A DNA stretch of 64,000 nucleotides, taken from Patescibacteria group bacterium (GTDB lineage Bacteria > Patescibacteriota > Minisyncoccia > UBA6257 > GWB1-50-10). This document shows, in pieces, positions 63,855-64,000 of this stretch. The stretch lies in contig JBBTQX010000003.1 of NCBI GenBank assembly GCA_038065455.1, positions 1 through 64,000 of the forward strand, given 5' to 3'. Positions within the stretch are counted from its first letter, which is position 1. Each line of letters opens with the position of its first letter. The notes under the pieces are model-generated. The model saw only the letters and a program-made list of their open reading frames with translations, did not search any database and was not told the DNA's origin. Both the position numbers and the translations under genes were made by a program.

Positions 63855-64000
63855 GCTTGGATTCTAATTCAATCAGGTGATTCCAAGCTATTGGGATATT
63901 ACGTCAAATTTGACATAAATACTACAGTATGTTAAACTATTAAAAGTTAATTCACATTGTTAAAAACAAATAAACTGCGTAGAAACGCAAGGAGGTTCCC

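Overview
The window looks like a Patescibacteria/CPR (Parcubacteria-like) chromosome. This is inferred from the gene content, TGA used as a stop, rare Shine-Dalgarno sites and -10 boxes placed right against start codons. It has three parts. (1) 1-12.6 kb is a surface-structure locus: two secreted GNVGIGTT-repeat fibre-like proteins (one partial, one of 1586 aa), five membrane-anchored cupredoxin-fold paralogues, many intact or decayed toxin-antitoxin genes, and four-helix-bundle cassettes bounded by short-period repeats. (2) 12.6-17 kb holds a RAYT-like HUH transposase with its own palindromes, a stand-alone NYN gene and thiol-redox genes (trxB, glutaredoxin, DsbA). (3) 17-62 kb is a large surface-glycan cluster: two flippases, a priming transferase, GT2/GT4 enzymes, methyl-, carbamoyl- and aminotransferases, and a TPP-dependent pair. 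The most striking signal is a 361-aa intein in the secreted fibre protein that carries an intact NYN (PIN-like) RNase domain instead of a homing endonuclease. On its antisense strand it also hides a DnaA-box-like motif, a sigma70 promoter and a ~40-nt terminator hairpin, and a unit with the same layout precedes the stand-alone NYN gene. No rRNA, tRNA or CRISPR array was seen. All protein calls come from motif recognition by eye, not database searches.
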